From Marsupella aquatica (Eukaryota > Plantae > Marchantiophyta), in assembly GCA_973895155.1 (NCBI GenBank), contig OZ316898.1, forward strand, positions 14,972,330 to 15,036,329: 64,000 nucleotides of DNA, given 5' to 3'. The notes under the pieces are model-generated. The model searched no databases, had not been told where the DNA came from, and saw only the letters and a program-made list of their open reading frames with translations. A program made the position numbers and the translations under genes. This document shows, piece after piece, positions 32,354 to 45,940 of this stretch (position 1 is the stretch's first letter; the number at the start of each line of letters is the position of its first letter).

Positions 32354-35189
32354 ATGGCATCATCGGGAACGCTACCGGTATCGGTGACCATTGATGCATA
32401 CAGCGATGTAGCCTGCCCCTGGTGTTACGTCGGAAAGGTTTTCCTCTGCACTGTACAGCTTTCTTTGTTCTGCACCAGACTGGGTTTTCTGTTCGGAAAT
32501 GTCTTCCTCTTGCGGCTTGGGGATTAGGGGCTAGCAATGTAGAATCAGCGGTTTGTGGAATTTAGAGAAACTGCCACCAATGGGCACAAAGATGAAGAGC
32601 TACATCTTGCTACCGAGTAATCGACCTCTGCTGCCTCATTGTGTGGTTAGGGAGAGATATCAAGTCGGGCTGGATGTGATTTGAATTTTCTATTTCCCTC
32701 ATCGCACGAGTCGTGATTGTCTATTCTCAGCTGCTACTACCTGTTGTGGATTACAGAGGCGTCTCGATCTAGCAATACAGAAGATTGAGGCGGACACAAG
32801 AAGTGCACCAATTCGGGTTGTCGTCAAATGGTGAGCATAAAACCTATCTACCTTAAATCAATCTCAACATCTGATGAGAACCCGCTATTTAGAGAGGTTA
32901 ATTTAATTAGATTCCACTTTGTTGATCTGAATCCGTTTGAAGCACAACGGTGGTAAATGTAGGCTCAATGAATAAAAGTTACTCCACAATGGAATCATAA
33001 AAGTTTTCTAAGATATACTCGGGTTATAGTGAACACTCCTCATGTGGAACTTCAAGCCTGTGAATCGATCGTGTAGGTAGTTTTGTAACTGGTCGATTGG
33101 TCCTTCTTAGCTTCACGGGGCGATTGCTGGGACAGCTGACACGATTCAAAGAAGCCCGACTTGGAGAACATCGTCGCAGTTGGAAAACTTGCGGCACGTT
33201 TCATTTTCAACTTTCAAGTCCTTACCGCAGACAAAAAGATTGTTCAACGTTAAATAATTCGAGAGCCTTATCGTCAGGTTAAACTCTGCCAGAAATATGC
33301 TGTAACATGCTGGCTTTTTAATCAGGCATCCTTACATGATTGATCCGAGGACAAATATATCCGGGGAGGATTATCTAGCTTACAATCGGCGCAGATGGGG
33401 TTCAGATTCGTGGACACAATCTCTGCGGAGGTATTGCTGATCACTCTCTTTGCTATTGCGGACAAGGTTGATAGGGAAGTTATTAGTTCTCCTCTTTCAT
33501 TGGTTAGGTCAAACTCTTCCACGAGTTTCCTTAGAATGAAGGCAAGACCTAGTTAAAGGGAAAACCTACTCTTCATCTACCCAAATTAATCAGCTTTGCT
33601 GCACGTTGCCTCATGACGGCTAAAAGTTTTTCCGGCTGCCTCAAATTGGCAATTGGTTTTCCCTATTGGAGAACATATTGGCTCTAATAGCTTTAGGCTC
33701 TTAGTCCATGTGCTATCAGGCGGGAGGGAAGTACTTCTAAGGAGGAGGGAGCCAAATGCCTTCTTGGAGATACTCGCACTAGTCTAATGACAGTTGGAGC
33801 ACCTTCCATTTTTCTGTTCACCTTCGTTTCCACTTCTACATTTGCTCCCAATGCATTGATGTCCTCCTTTATGGAGATTTATTGGTTGGATTTATCATTA
33901 AATTTTGGAAGTCCTCTCCTGCCTAGTGAAACTCTTGACACCTCATCCCAACCGCTGTCGTCCTCGATTCTTTCTCTGGATACTCTCCCTTGCATGATGG
34001 TCTACTGGACTCGTTTACTTCAGGTTCTACTACGGAAATCCCTCTGATATGGACAATGAGGCTTTCTCGGTGGTCCAAGTTGACTTTATTTACACAAACA
34101 GCAGTTCCTCCGGGCGACAATACTTCAACTAATCGTGAAAATCCTGGATGCGGATGTGGTTCTTGGTCTAGGCTTAATGATGGTTTTTTCTTCCAATTTC
34201 AATATTTCTAGTCTAAAGCAAATCGAGCAAAATACTGTCTGACACAAACCTGCAGATCAGGAGCAAAGAATGGGCTCAAGTTTGCAGACTGGCAGTGGTG
34301 GCCGAATACATTGCATGCACACAGGTGCGGTTGCTTCGTGAAAACATTATTTATTATCTATCATATTACACCGATTCTCTCCCTTAAAGAGCGCCAATTA
34401 AGAGCTGACACTTTTTCAATCCCCTTCGACGTATGAGTGTGCTAGGTTGATACTCCTGGCCGATAGTTTCGGAAAAGGGGCGGAGGCAAAGCAACTTTTG
34501 CTGGAAAAGACATACGAGGAAGGCTTAAATGTCTCAAACCTTGAAGTGCTTTCTTCAGTTGCAGAAGAACTCGGTCTACCAAAAGCCAACGAGTATCTTG
34601 TAATTTTACCAAATTCATGGTCTTGTCCTTTGTGGTGTGTATCACGGTGCAAAGGCAGCTGCAAGTTGTTCACCTTATTTTAAAATATCCCTTACCTGCC
34701 TGAAAAGTGCCTTGATTTAGAGTTTTAATAAGTTCCCCTAAAGTGCCTCAGCTCCTTGACAACTGCGCAGAAATCAGATCAAGGGAAGGAGGAGGTGTTG
34801 AAACAGAATACGTTTGCGAAATCCAGGCTCGGAATAAGCTCCGTTCCTCATTTCATCATTGACAGCAACTTCTCCCTCTCTGGTGCCCAGGTTTGTTCTC
34901 TGAGCTCTCGGGGATTTGTAAACAAGGGATTTTGCAGGAATCTATATTTCTAGTTTTCTTTGCAATCGTACTTCTGTTTGAGTTCATTTAAGATTTGGCC
35001 CTTGCTTTCCTTTGACTGTGCACGAGATGATGATGAAAATTGATCAGTTGTGTTTTGCTGTCCAGATCAATCTGCTATAGCTTCAGATTTTCTAATACAA
35101 TATCTACCTTGGGTTCTCAATGAATTGTTCAGGATGTAGCAACATTTGAGTCAGCAATTCAGAAGGCTGCTACTCCTCATCTGGAATAG
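32354..35189 (+). CDS. DsbA-like/FrnE-family thiol oxidoreductase (DSBA thioredoxin domain), 7 exons
   Basis: Exons read MASSG...IDAYSDVACPWCYVGK | RRLDLAI...VVVKW | HPYMIDP...YNRRRWG | SGAKNGLKF...PNTLHAHR | LILLAD...ANEYL | KSDQGKEEV...GISSVPHFII...LSGAQ | DVATFESAIQKAATPHLE*. CPWC, cis-Pro VP and SGAQ motifs are present, and all GT-AG junctions are in frame. Confidence 0.93.
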
Positions 35190-36155
35190 TTAACCTCGAT
35201 GTATGAGCTATGATGGTAATCGTGTAGTATGTATCTGGTCTGCAGATCTCTGCAATTATGAAAAACTAAAGTACTGGTCATGGCTCAAACCTGTGGTCAC
35301 TCCTGTCCTTTGAACTTTGTTGACCTGAGGCCACACAAATCGCTTATGTATGGTATCAGGAACGACAGAGGAGGAACAGATCATCATTGGGACCCTGCGA
35401 TTAAGTTCCCTGAATTTCTCTGAGTTGGTACTTATCTGCTTTCTTCGCTGACGCAAATCTCTAGGCAAAAGACTGTCGGTATGGTGCAGTCTAGTAGGCA
35501 AATGCTTGATGCTGGATCCTGGGTTCCTTTTGAGTTTTGTTTTTATGGTTTTTTCCTCAGAACTCAAAGTAGGACGAGGTTTGATTCTCGAAGTTGATAC
35601 CCCGGATTTGTAGCCATTCCCATGCAACATTATAGTACTAACCCAAAGCTCTTGTGATTTCAAGTCAATTCCACATCCACACTTGCTTTGTCGTCTAGCT
35701 TAGGCTTAACCTGGAGCGTTCTTCCGACTTCTCTAGCGTTTATGAGCTCAGCCTGCCCCCGTTCAAAGAAGCTCTGCAATTTGGTGTCGACATTTGCCCA
35801 TGTTCGATATGACATCTTCATGCCATTCGAACCATGCCATTCGAACCGCTGAGATATTTATGTTCACTGAAAGTCTTGAAACTGCCATTGAGAGAGTTTA
35901 TCTCAAATCGCAAGGTTATGGTTGCACACATGGAGTTGCGCCTTATGTTTCGGGAGGGGTTTAGCGGGCAAAGGAGCAACCGCGTGCCTATCCAATACGA
36001 AGTGAAACAGATGTTGAGGGGGGCCATTATTTGCTAAGTCGTTACCATTAAGTAGGGGTTATCAAGAGACAAATTGGCGGAACGTGACAGGGTTTACTTT
36101 TGTAGGATGTCCAATGAGATGCGCTGGGTGAGATATAACTTGCCCAAGGACCTCA

Positions 36156-36457
36156 TCTAATCAACTGGGTGTGGTCAGTTGGCCAGGGGATGAGCTGAGA
36201 GAGGTCCCAGGTTAAATCCCCCCTTCACATGCAAGTGTTTTTTGGAAGGTGAGTGTGTGTGCGATGGGTGTGGTGGTGGGTGACCTGGTTTCTCCTCAGC
36301 CCTGGGTGGTCTGTTTTGGGTTCTGGTGCAACCCAAAACCCTCTCTCCCTCCTGGGGATGACCCCCCTTGTGGGCTATCCTATAGAGGTGCATGCTGGGA
36401 GTTTATTGTCTATCCTCTGTTAGATGGGTCAGCTTTCAGTTCCAAGTCAAAAAAAAG
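36156..36457 (+). mobile_element. Candidate tRNA-derived SINE
   Basis: A-box-like TGGTCAGTTGG (~36172) and B-box-like GGTTAAATCCC (~36210); A8 tail at 36449-36456; flanking direct repeat GGACCTCA at 36148-36155 and 36458-36465. Confidence 0.5.
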
Positions 36458-39009
36458 GGACCTCAATAAAAATGATCATGGGGACGTCATAATTTATACC
36501 TGAACCAATGAAGTAACAATGTTTACACTTCCACACAATGGGGTCATGTCCTGATCCTATCCCGAGTAGATAATGGTTAGGGCTGCAGGCTCAGACTGCC
36601 TGTGCACTTCAAGGATTCTGACAAGTATTGGGAACTCCAGTAACGATGACATGTTTTGCTTCCACCCAGAGAAGAAGTGGTGATTTAGATGGAGGTGCCT
36701 TTTGGTCTACCTAGAGAGAAACCCTTTGCTGTCTTTGGAAAACTCATTTATTAAAACCCTTTGCATCCCACTATTAGATCTCAGCTCTTTCTATTAACCC
36801 TTTCTATTAAGGTGGAAGACTCTCCTCTTGCCCCTATATATCGAGGTGATAAGAAAATGACCTATGTTTTGTGTGTCAAGTGTTTTGTGTGCAAAGGACC
36901 TCAGTGATCTAGACATTGGGATGGGTGATAAGAGAGTGATCTCCAATTTTCCTAAATGCCATTTCTTGTGTGTGTCAAGGAATTTGGTGAACCCAATGAG
37001 GGCTTGTGCAAAATCTAATAAGCTTATGGCCCTTGAACTCATAACATCATTTGCTGCAATGCATACTGCTATCCTAGGGGAGGAAGCTCTGTAGTTATGT
37101 GATTTGTGCCCCTTGGGAATCACCTAGTGTAAAAATCCCTAAACCCATGAGAACAAACCAATATAATTTGAAGAAAGAAAAAAAGAAATAAATGCACTAA
37201 TACAATTACTTGTACCTTTTATTATATGACTTTGACTTACGGACCCCCATGGGAAGTTCCTTCCAAATTCCTGATACATGTGTAGTTGCATCAACATGAT
37301 TTGTCAGAAACAAGAATAGTTAATTATGCAAGAAGAACCAAAATTATTAACTATTCGTGTTTGAAACAAGGCAAAGAAACAACACTTAGACCCTCTAATT
37401 GTAAAAATACTCAAAATTGAAAGTAATATTTCATGTACAAAGAAAAGGGTGAAATAGGGGTGAATTAAAGAACACAATCTTTGGATGAATTGTGATTGAT
37501 ATATCAAGGTTTTCTGATAATCTTTTTCAATTTTTTCCTTTAATTTACACATTTTGAAATAATGACAAATAGAAAGAAACTCCTCAACTACTCTAAGATT
37601 TACCAAGGTAACATAATAAACCCACCAAACTTTTCAAATTCTCTAAGATTCACCAAGGTAACTCAAGAAACCCTTTGGCTGCTATGGATAGAGGAATAAC
37701 AAACAAAGGTAAGAAACACCAAAACTAATTCGGGTAGAGGAACACGAAGGGAGTCTAAGACCTTTCAACTACAATACATGGACAAAGCTGTGATATTTTG
37801 TATGAACTAAATATGGCATGTTACATGTACTGTGTAGACATAAAGGTACTAAGGGAAACATTTTGGACAAAAACTTACCCTTAGTATTACCATGAATGTA
37901 CTCATATTTATCTTTAATTAAATTGTCCTAACTACATGTTAGATTCACTTCATTTAAAATACTCCATTTAATCTTTGTACTTTCATCTATCTATTCCAAC
38001 CTTCATCTCTTCATGGCTCCAAATAGTTCAATAAACAAGCTTACATAACCAATGGGTCCTCGAACTAATTAAATCTTGAATTATATACCTTGTTAAATAT
38101 CAAGAATAATATTTTTACCAAAATTGGATTTTTAAATGCTTTAAGTACAAGTGTTTGATTATAATTATTAGACCGACAAGATTAAAAATAACCTTCATTT
38201 AGTCACACCCAGTTCTAATAATCCAACAAGTGATTCCCTAGGGATTTGTGCACTGTGGATAGCATTTGTTTGGAAATGTGAAAGACATACACCTTTATAA
38301 CATCAACTTATGTATGATGGTTCACAATCACAGGCATCATTGAGTGATTGGACCCAATGAGCAATAGTAAATGTGTGATGGGTGGCTTGCAATAATGGGA
38401 AGCATTGAATTTGGAACACTATGAGCACCAATGAATAAATTTCCAGGAAGGCTTGGCCATACAAAGTGGTGGTGTGTTAGGGGTAAGTGTATCTTGTCAA
38501 CAATTGAGGTGGACCACAACTGAAATAAGGAGAAGCCACCAATTGATGTATCACAAACGCGGTCTACCTCAAATTCTGCTGGAGCTTTACTCCTACATTG
38601 TGTAGAGTTGCCATTGCATTTGCATCTGCGCTGATCAGATGCAACCTTCCCACCCCCACTTTTGAGTTAAGCAGGAGGGTTCGAGTTCTTAAATGTAGAG
38701 GTCAGCCAGTATAGCTGTCAGTTTTGCTAGTTGCTACACTATTGTCTGATCTCTGGCTATTCATATTCTGCTGTCTCAATGGACTTCTCCAAGTGGATCA
38801 AGCAGCTATTTGTCTTTTGCTGTCTCCGCCTACTTCTCCAACCAGGACAATAGTCACCGCAGTTGATTACTACTTTGATCAGGACTGATTCTGATCCTGA
38901 CCTCACTAGCAGGTATTCAGTTACTAGTCCTTGACAACAGTTGCGCTCATATTCTTTTTGACTAGTGACATCTGATCTTGACTCCTCCTAGTGGATGATT
39001 CAAGTTGTG

Positions 39010-39295
39010 TCTAGGCGGGAGCCCCATGTTTTGTATAGGGTAATGCAGGTCTGGGCGCAGGTTACTAGGCTGTAACCTTGCGTCCGGAATATGAAAAGAA
39101 GCTGATCGGCGGCAGCCAAAAAGCTTTTTTGAATATTCCGGGAGCAGGTTACAGTCTATAACCCCAGCCCAGCCCTGCCCTGCACTAGCGTACGTAACTC
39201 CTGCCCAGAAAGAGGTTACCGGCTTGACTTTTCAGGACAACAGATTATGACTATAGCAGGCCCCTGCAGAAATGGTTACACACCGGTAACCTCTT
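39010..39295. repeat. ~200-bp imperfect foldback (39010-39209) abutting a second 13-bp perfect inverted repeat (39210-39222 / 39283-39295)
   Basis: Arms GGTTACTAGGCTGTAACCTTGCGTCCGGAATAT...AAGCT and AGCTT...ATATTCCGGGAGCAGGTTACAGTCTATAACC pair; second pair AAGAGGTTACCGG / CCGGTAACCTCTT. Confidence 0.75.
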
Positions 39296-40035
39296 CTCCT
39301 AACAGGTTTTACGTTTAGTTTACTGCTGTTGTCTCTTGTCTGGCTTTCCCTTGTGGAGACTATAGTTCAAAGCAGTAAAGTGGCATGCAAACAATCTAGC
39401 ATGCAAACAATCTCTTTCTGCACATCTCATCTCATCTCACTGTGATAATAGCTAGCTAAACATATATATTATTTAGAATTAAAGGAATTTTTGGTCGGGT
39501 CAAAGATTTGCAATTCTTGATTGTATAGACAGACATGGGAAAAATGACCTGTGCATGCCTTTTGTGCAGCTTTCACATACTGTTCAAAAGTCAACATGCA
39601 CAGAAAACATGTTGAGAGTTAAATTTGCTTTTAATGGATGGGAAAGGTTTAACTATATATACTTCCACAAATTTATGCACTACAGCATAATCCCCAATCA
39701 TCCAATCAAGTTTTGTTTTGAGATCATTCTCATTTGGAGATGTGTGCATTCTCCTCTGTCAAAGAAACTTTGTGGGATAGCTCAACAGGTAAGATAGTCT
39801 ACTCTGAGTGTTGTACTGACAAGTACTGGTCTTCACACATGATTAGGTTGGAACATCATTACCATCATTACCAAGCTAAGAGGCGCAGAAGAGCTATGAC
39901 GGCACATGGGTATGGAAGATGACTCCTGTGCTTTTCCTAAATTGCATGAGCCCATGCCAATTGATTCCCTTTCGTCTAAAAAACAATTAAACTGACTGAA
40001 CTGGTTGAAGGTTTTCAAAAGGACATAGCAACCCC

Positions 40036-40676
40036 CTCGGGGGCCTCAATCCAAGGGGTGTCCCATATCACGCTCAAAGTTTTGGGGGAATAAACACCAT
40101 AAAAGTTAAGTCAATAAAGTTTTTTTTTGGAATTTTTTACCTCTAACTTAATGGAATATTCCAAGAATATTCCCATATTTGATTTTAAAAAACCCTATGA
40201 TTCTTATAATTCTCAAATTGGATTAAAATAACCCTAATGTTCTTCAACAAAAATTTAAAAGTATTTCACTAAACATAATAAAAAAACCCTATACTTATTC
40301 GTGCCTCGGGGGTGTCACTTCCACGGAAGTGGCACATCATGTGCGACGAAGTATAGGCCCATTTAAATGGGTGTGGTGGAAGACATCCAAAGTTTGGTGG
40401 AAGAACACATAGGGCATATTTTATTGATTGGTCGACTTTAAAGAACACATAGGCCTATTTAATTACAAAAATATTTTCTTTAAAGTTTTTAGTGGTTTTT
40501 TAATAAAAAATGACAAAATTTAAAGAAAGAAAGGGCTTTGCAAAAAAATACTTTTCACTTATAAGTTAGGGGGGTCAAACCCTAAAACGTCGCACGCGAT
40601 GTATGGCCCTCCATATAGTGACCCCCCTGAGATTTGCACGTGATGGGTCGGAAGAAAAGAAGTGAGGACCCGGGAG
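40036..40676. mobile_element. MITE (CTCRGGGG-TIR family) interrupted by a nested family member
   Basis: Ends CTCGGGGGCCTCA / TGAGGACCCGGGAG. The sequence is collinear with the uninterrupted copy at 41889-42180, and both flanks share CAACCC. Confidence 0.75.
40305..40631. mobile_element. Nested MITE, 15-bp TIRs, degenerate 8-bp TSD
   Basis: TIRs CTCGGGGGTGTCACT / AGTGACCCCCCTGAG; flanks ATTCGTGC and ATTTGCAC; collinear with 54250-54562. Confidence 0.8.
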
Positions 40677-41888
40677 CAACCCTGACAACAACGATGAAAC
40701 ATTCTCCTCCAAATTGGGCAAGGTTGTGATGCATCTGATGACCAAGTGAACGTGCTACAATGCTACAAAGCCACATTTGTGACGGGATATGGCTGAGCAT
40801 TAAATTCTACTCGAATCTGATTACTTGAACCCGGATACAATGGAGGATTGTAGACTACTGACGTGTTTTCTCAATGTGCAGAATCCTGATGTCAGGACAA
40901 GTTTCACCAATTTTCCTAATTGTTGCATGGAGTCTAAATCTCACCAGTTCGGAACAGGTTTTGTCCTCTTACTTGAAGGAATGAGAAGCCTGTGATGATC
41001 AAAGTTGCTCTTTCATTTGTCAGAATAAAGTGGCAAAAATGATCTGTGGAGGTATGTCAGCTCATCTCTTTTAATGTGAGCGATGAGAGTGTCCTTCAAC
41101 AAGAGAGCAAGGCAGCGAGTACATGCATGACATACGAACAGGTTATAGAACATTAAAAAGGACTGCAGAGACCTTGGGCATCTAGGTATGATAATCATCT
41201 TGTTGCTCTGTCCAGCTGCCATTCAGCAAGACACACCACAGCTAAAATTTATTAAAGAAAAGACTCAAAAGACACTTCAATAGATACTTTGAAAAAGCAA
41301 ACAAAATCAGAAATAAAGAACATTCAGTCATTTAATGCTAAGCGTTTTTACCTTGAACAAGTCTGTGCACTGTCTGCTCTGGCAGCAACATAGTACTCCA
41401 ACTTAGAATTCTTATAATTTGGCTAGATGTGAATCGGCATCATGGTGGATGATCATGTTTGGTTCACCAGATACCAGATTCATCTATCAATTGACTCTTC
41501 AATGCGTTGCAAGTGGAGTTCTACATCAGCTCACGAAAGCTAAACAATCATGGCCGAGCCTTCAAGATAGCTGTGGAACTCCACCCCACTCCGGCTTCCT
41601 TTCCGAGTGCCCAGCTTTATGCTGTTCTAATGAATGTCAACAAAATCTTTTAAGGCAAAAAACAAATAGCTCTAGAAGTGCCCATGATAGGACAAAAAGA
41701 CTTGACGTCCTTTATTGTATCCTTCCACTCATTATCATTCATCTCATATGGTTGAGTCAAGTAAACCTTGTTTGCACACACTGAAAGAGTTCAGTAATGT
41801 TTGAGTCTAACAGCAATCATGTACAATTTGTTAGGTTTGGCAGGATGAGTCAGTCCCTTTAGCGGGCTTTGGTGGGAATTCTCTAACA

Positions 41889-42180
41889 CTCAGGGGCCTC
41901 AAGGGGCGTGCCATATCGCGTGCGGAGTTTTGGGTGAATAAACACCCTAAAACTTAAGTCAATAAAGTTTTTTTGAGGAATTTCTTTACCCCTAAGTTAA
42001 TGGAATATTCTCAAATTTGGTTTTAAAAAACACTATGATTCTTATAACTCAAAACTGGATTAAAACAACCCTAATCATGTTCTTCAACAGAAATTCAAAA
42101 CTCTCTCACTAACCCCAATAAAAAAACCTTCTACTTATTTGCGCATGATGGGTTGGAATAAAAGAAGGGAGGACCCCGGG
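41889..42180. mobile_element. MITE (CTCRGGGG-TIR family)
   Basis: Ends CTCAGGGGCCTC / GAGGACCCCGGG; 8-bp TSD CTCTAACA / CTCTAATA. Confidence 0.8.
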
Positions 42181-43194
42181 CTCTAATAGTGTCTCAAAAG
42201 TTGGGCAGGGATTATAGCCCACAATATCCTGAAAATAAGGCGTTAGTGTATACACACTAGGCCATTGAAACAAGATCCTCAAAAAGATCTCACTTCACTA
42301 AAGTACGTACTAAAGAGGTCAGGAAATTTGGAACATCATGAACTACAAAGGAGAAAGTGAATTTGTGCGACAAGACGAAGCCCAAAGGGTCCTCACTATC
42401 TACGTTTCTATTAGTTGGATTTTTCAAAAACTTGCAATTTTTTGAGAAAATACAAGCTTTTTGTTGCAATAATATATCACTGAAAATACATCCATTCAAT
42501 CCATTAATTTGTTGTACGTGAGAGTCCTTGGCAAAATTCCCCAACAACAGTCAAAAACTGAGTGAGATCTTACCTAATGAGATCCTTTTCTAGTTCCTTC
42601 TTGTCACTGTAAATTTCAAAGGTAATATTTGGGTTGGAAGCTCCATCGATACAGGCCAACAACTGTGTAGAGTGTTGAGGGAATGGAACTTAGATAGAGA
42701 AATTATGATTCAGCATCTAAGATGAGACATAAATTCAAAACGATAACACCAGAGACCATCAGACATCAAAATTTACAAAGAAGGGTCCCCTTTTCCCTTG
42801 GCCTTGCCAGGATTAAATTTGAAAATTTCCTAGAAGAAGCTAAACATATATCCAATGCAAGAAAACAAAAAGAACTAAAGCAAAAACAGAGGGTACCAAA
42901 GGCAAGAAAACAAAAGGTTTTCCCACAAAAAGCAAAAAAGCCTGAGAGTCTACCAAAGCCTGTAAATTGAGGTTATCCCATATCCCTATTTATGCTAAAG
43001 ATCAGCTTTACGAGTCCTTTGAAGGCCATCCATGAGTTAGCACCACAGATCAACCAGCAAACAGAAACATAAGCTTGCTTCATTCTGGCAATTATGAGGA
43101 GGAGCAGTACCACTATGTGAGTACAGTAGTGGGACCACGCGTTAATGTTCCCTTATTTTCCTGGGGGCCCGTCCACTTCCCAATCCCCAAATGC

Positions 43195-43790
43195 TGATGC
43201 CCGCTCCAGCCCGAGTTTGCCAAAACACAAACCAAAACTCGAGAGATATGCTTAGTAGACCCCCTTCTGGAAAATTTTTGCTTAATCAACCCCCTCCATA
43301 CATTTCCCCAATCTGGACTGTTAATGGACCTTTTGATCTCAGATCTGGACCGTTGATAGACCTCAGGGGGTTGATCAAGTAACAAGTTTCATTTTGGGGG
43401 TCTATCAAGCAAATACTTCACCAAAACTCTACCATTTTGTCACCCGCTCTGTCCCAATCAACTTTATGCTATCAACTTTGGGTTTGTGTTCTAGCACCCT
43501 TCACTTGTTGTCACCCACTCCGGCCCAAGTTTTCCAAAACATAAACCAAGACTCAATTTGAATTTAAGAAGTGTTGCCTGAACATTAATCACAACCCCAC
43601 AAGGAACAAGTTGATGGCACAAAGTCAATCGGGCTGGAACGAACAACAACAAATGAAGAGTGCCAGACCATAAACCTCAAGTTGATGACACAAAATTAAT
43701 CAGGCCAGAGCAAATGACAAAATGATAGAATCTTGGTTATGTTTGACAAACTTGGCCAGGAATGGACAACCACCGTCAGGGACTGGGACG
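43195..43790. mobile_element. Composite foldback region containing a long-TIR MITE at ~43245-43418
   Basis: TGCTTAGTAGACCCCC...GCTTAATCAACCCCCT is inverted against AGGGGGTTGATCAAGT...GGGGGTCTATCAAGCA. Flanking modules CCC(G/A)CTCC(A/G)GCCC(G/A)AGTTT...AAACCAA recur directly and in inverted orientation. Confidence 0.55.
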
Positions 43791-45940
43791 GGTGCATAGT
43801 CCCAGGAAAATGGCGGAGTATTAACACTCCCAATAGTGCTGGATTGTATTGGATTGTGGTAAAATTCCAGGGCCAGATGCATAGGGAGCAGTTATACGGT
43901 ACGGGCTCACCCATGTTTGCACAGTAAAGGCACGTACGTCAAGTCCAGAAAGGTAAGGCAGAGATGTACCAGGAGCTACGTTAACATACGGACATACCGT
44001 GTGTTCAGCGTCCTTGACTCATGTGCAATGCAAGTAGGGAGGGACGGGGAGGAGGGACAGGAGGGTTAGAATAATAGTACGTCTGCAAGGGTACACCAAT
44101 ATACGGTATGGCTGCTGTCCGGTGCGAGAATTACGGTAGCCTACTCCGGCCGTGTAACATCGACGGCCATAATCTATCCCTAGCAACATGTACGACCCCT
44201 AGCCTTGATATAGTCTCAATTATTGATAGAAACAAGTTAATCGGGTATTCCTATGACGTGGCAGAGGTAAAAAAGGATCATGCAGGACTCTGCTGTCTGC
44301 TACAGAAGCAGTGGACGACTGGGCCGACTAAGACGTACATCTCCCATTTATGATGAAGCATTCAGAAATGTGTAGAGCATTCTTCGAATGTCTCCAGGAA
44401 ATATCCCATTACGAAGACTAGAGGGGGTTAATTATCGTGCTCCTTTTCCTCTGCCTCTGCGGAGTCTGCGTCGTAGCAATGCGATCGTTGTCCGTCAACT
44501 ACACAGTACTTTGCCAGGCTTACATGCGTTCCACCGAGTGACTTATGGAGCCTGAATCAATCGCATTCTTTCACCTCTATCCCTGTCTCTCCGTCCTACC
44601 AAATCTCTGTTGAGAGGGGGGTTAGCGATCTTGGAAGTTGGCGACATTCACTATACCTTGGGAACATTCACTGCACCTCCGACGCAATTCTGTATTTCAA
44701 TTATACAATGCAGGCCGAATGAGAAATGTTGAAACATCGTCGTCAGAAAGGAGAAGTTGAAGCTCGACTGGGACAGCCATCAGTTGCACTACTGTCCTAG
44801 GTTGCCCAATTGTGCATTCGAGGGGTACTCATTGCTCGATAATTACCTATAGACTGAGTACGTGTACAAAGAAGATATACACTGGAGCGCTAAATTCTTT
44901 ACTAAGAGCTTTCGGGAACGAATATATACTTGAAAACAACAGGTGTAAACGTACAGTTGGGAACTTGACGAGCTGCACTAGTGCACAGCAGCGCAGAGAG
45001 AAGGACAAGGGCATGGAAATACAGGACGGTAACATGAAGGGCCGAAGGCTAACCTGGCAGACTTATCTTGATGTCCTTGGCCACGCTTTAGGAATGGAGC
45101 GTGGCTCATTGGCCGCTGGAGACAGAATGATGCGGCATGTCGACTTCTCAAAGAACATCGCGCGAGAAACGAGTAAGGAAAGGAAAAAAAGAACTACTTC
45201 GGAATTTCGTTGAATTTCGTTGAATTTCGTTGAATCAGAGCCCTGGACTTCCCTGTCTCCGTAGTGTACTTGAAAGTAATCTGCACAGTGAGTTTCTTGG
45301 CAAGGTAACGACACTAGAATTTTTTATGTCACTTATTGCCCATATGCACCCAAAGTTGGAATGCTTACTAGCCCTTCGGACTTTATTGTTCAATCATGGT
45401 CAATTCCTGATGATATTCGATTGTCGAGAGCACAAACACTCGGCTTAAGCTCAGAGCATTCTTCCTGCCAGATGCATCGAAATGAAACCGACGTATGGGC
45501 CACATTACTAGCTGAACGTAAATATTGTCTCTAATTGCTACGAGTCCCCACGCGAGCCTTAAACAAAGAATTTTGAAGGAAGAAGTGATAGGAAACTTTA
45601 TGACCATCGGATCACGTTGCAGTCTTAGGGAGGATTTAAGCTCGAATAAACAGGAGACAAAGGAAAAGGAGCTCCACTGAACGAGGAAGCCAAATACTCC
45701 CCAGAAAATCAGGGAGCGTCAATTTTGCATGTGTGCCGCTGCTTTTCAACGGGTACTCTTTACAATGTCTACGACATGGGGTATAACACTCTTTGGTCCA
45801 CACCCGGATCGCTCTGGAAAGAACGTGTGAGAAAGAGAAAGAGGTTACGAAAAGGACAATTTCCAAAAGTCAAAAGTGGTGGTGTACAAAAGCCTCTCGG
45901 TAACTGTGGAAACTGTTCCTGGCCTGTAGTCTAATCACCT

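Noticed and set aside
33431-34256. Coding-like antisense sequence in DsbA intron 3
   Set aside because: Possibly a retroelement ORF1 fragment, but it has many stops and no diagnostic motif.
35230-37130. Scattered ORFs resembling LINE ORF1 or MULE transposase fragments
   Set aside because: Similarities were too weak to support a call without a search.
45202-45235. GAATTTCGTT x3 repeat
   Set aside because: Simple short slippage repeat with no further structure.
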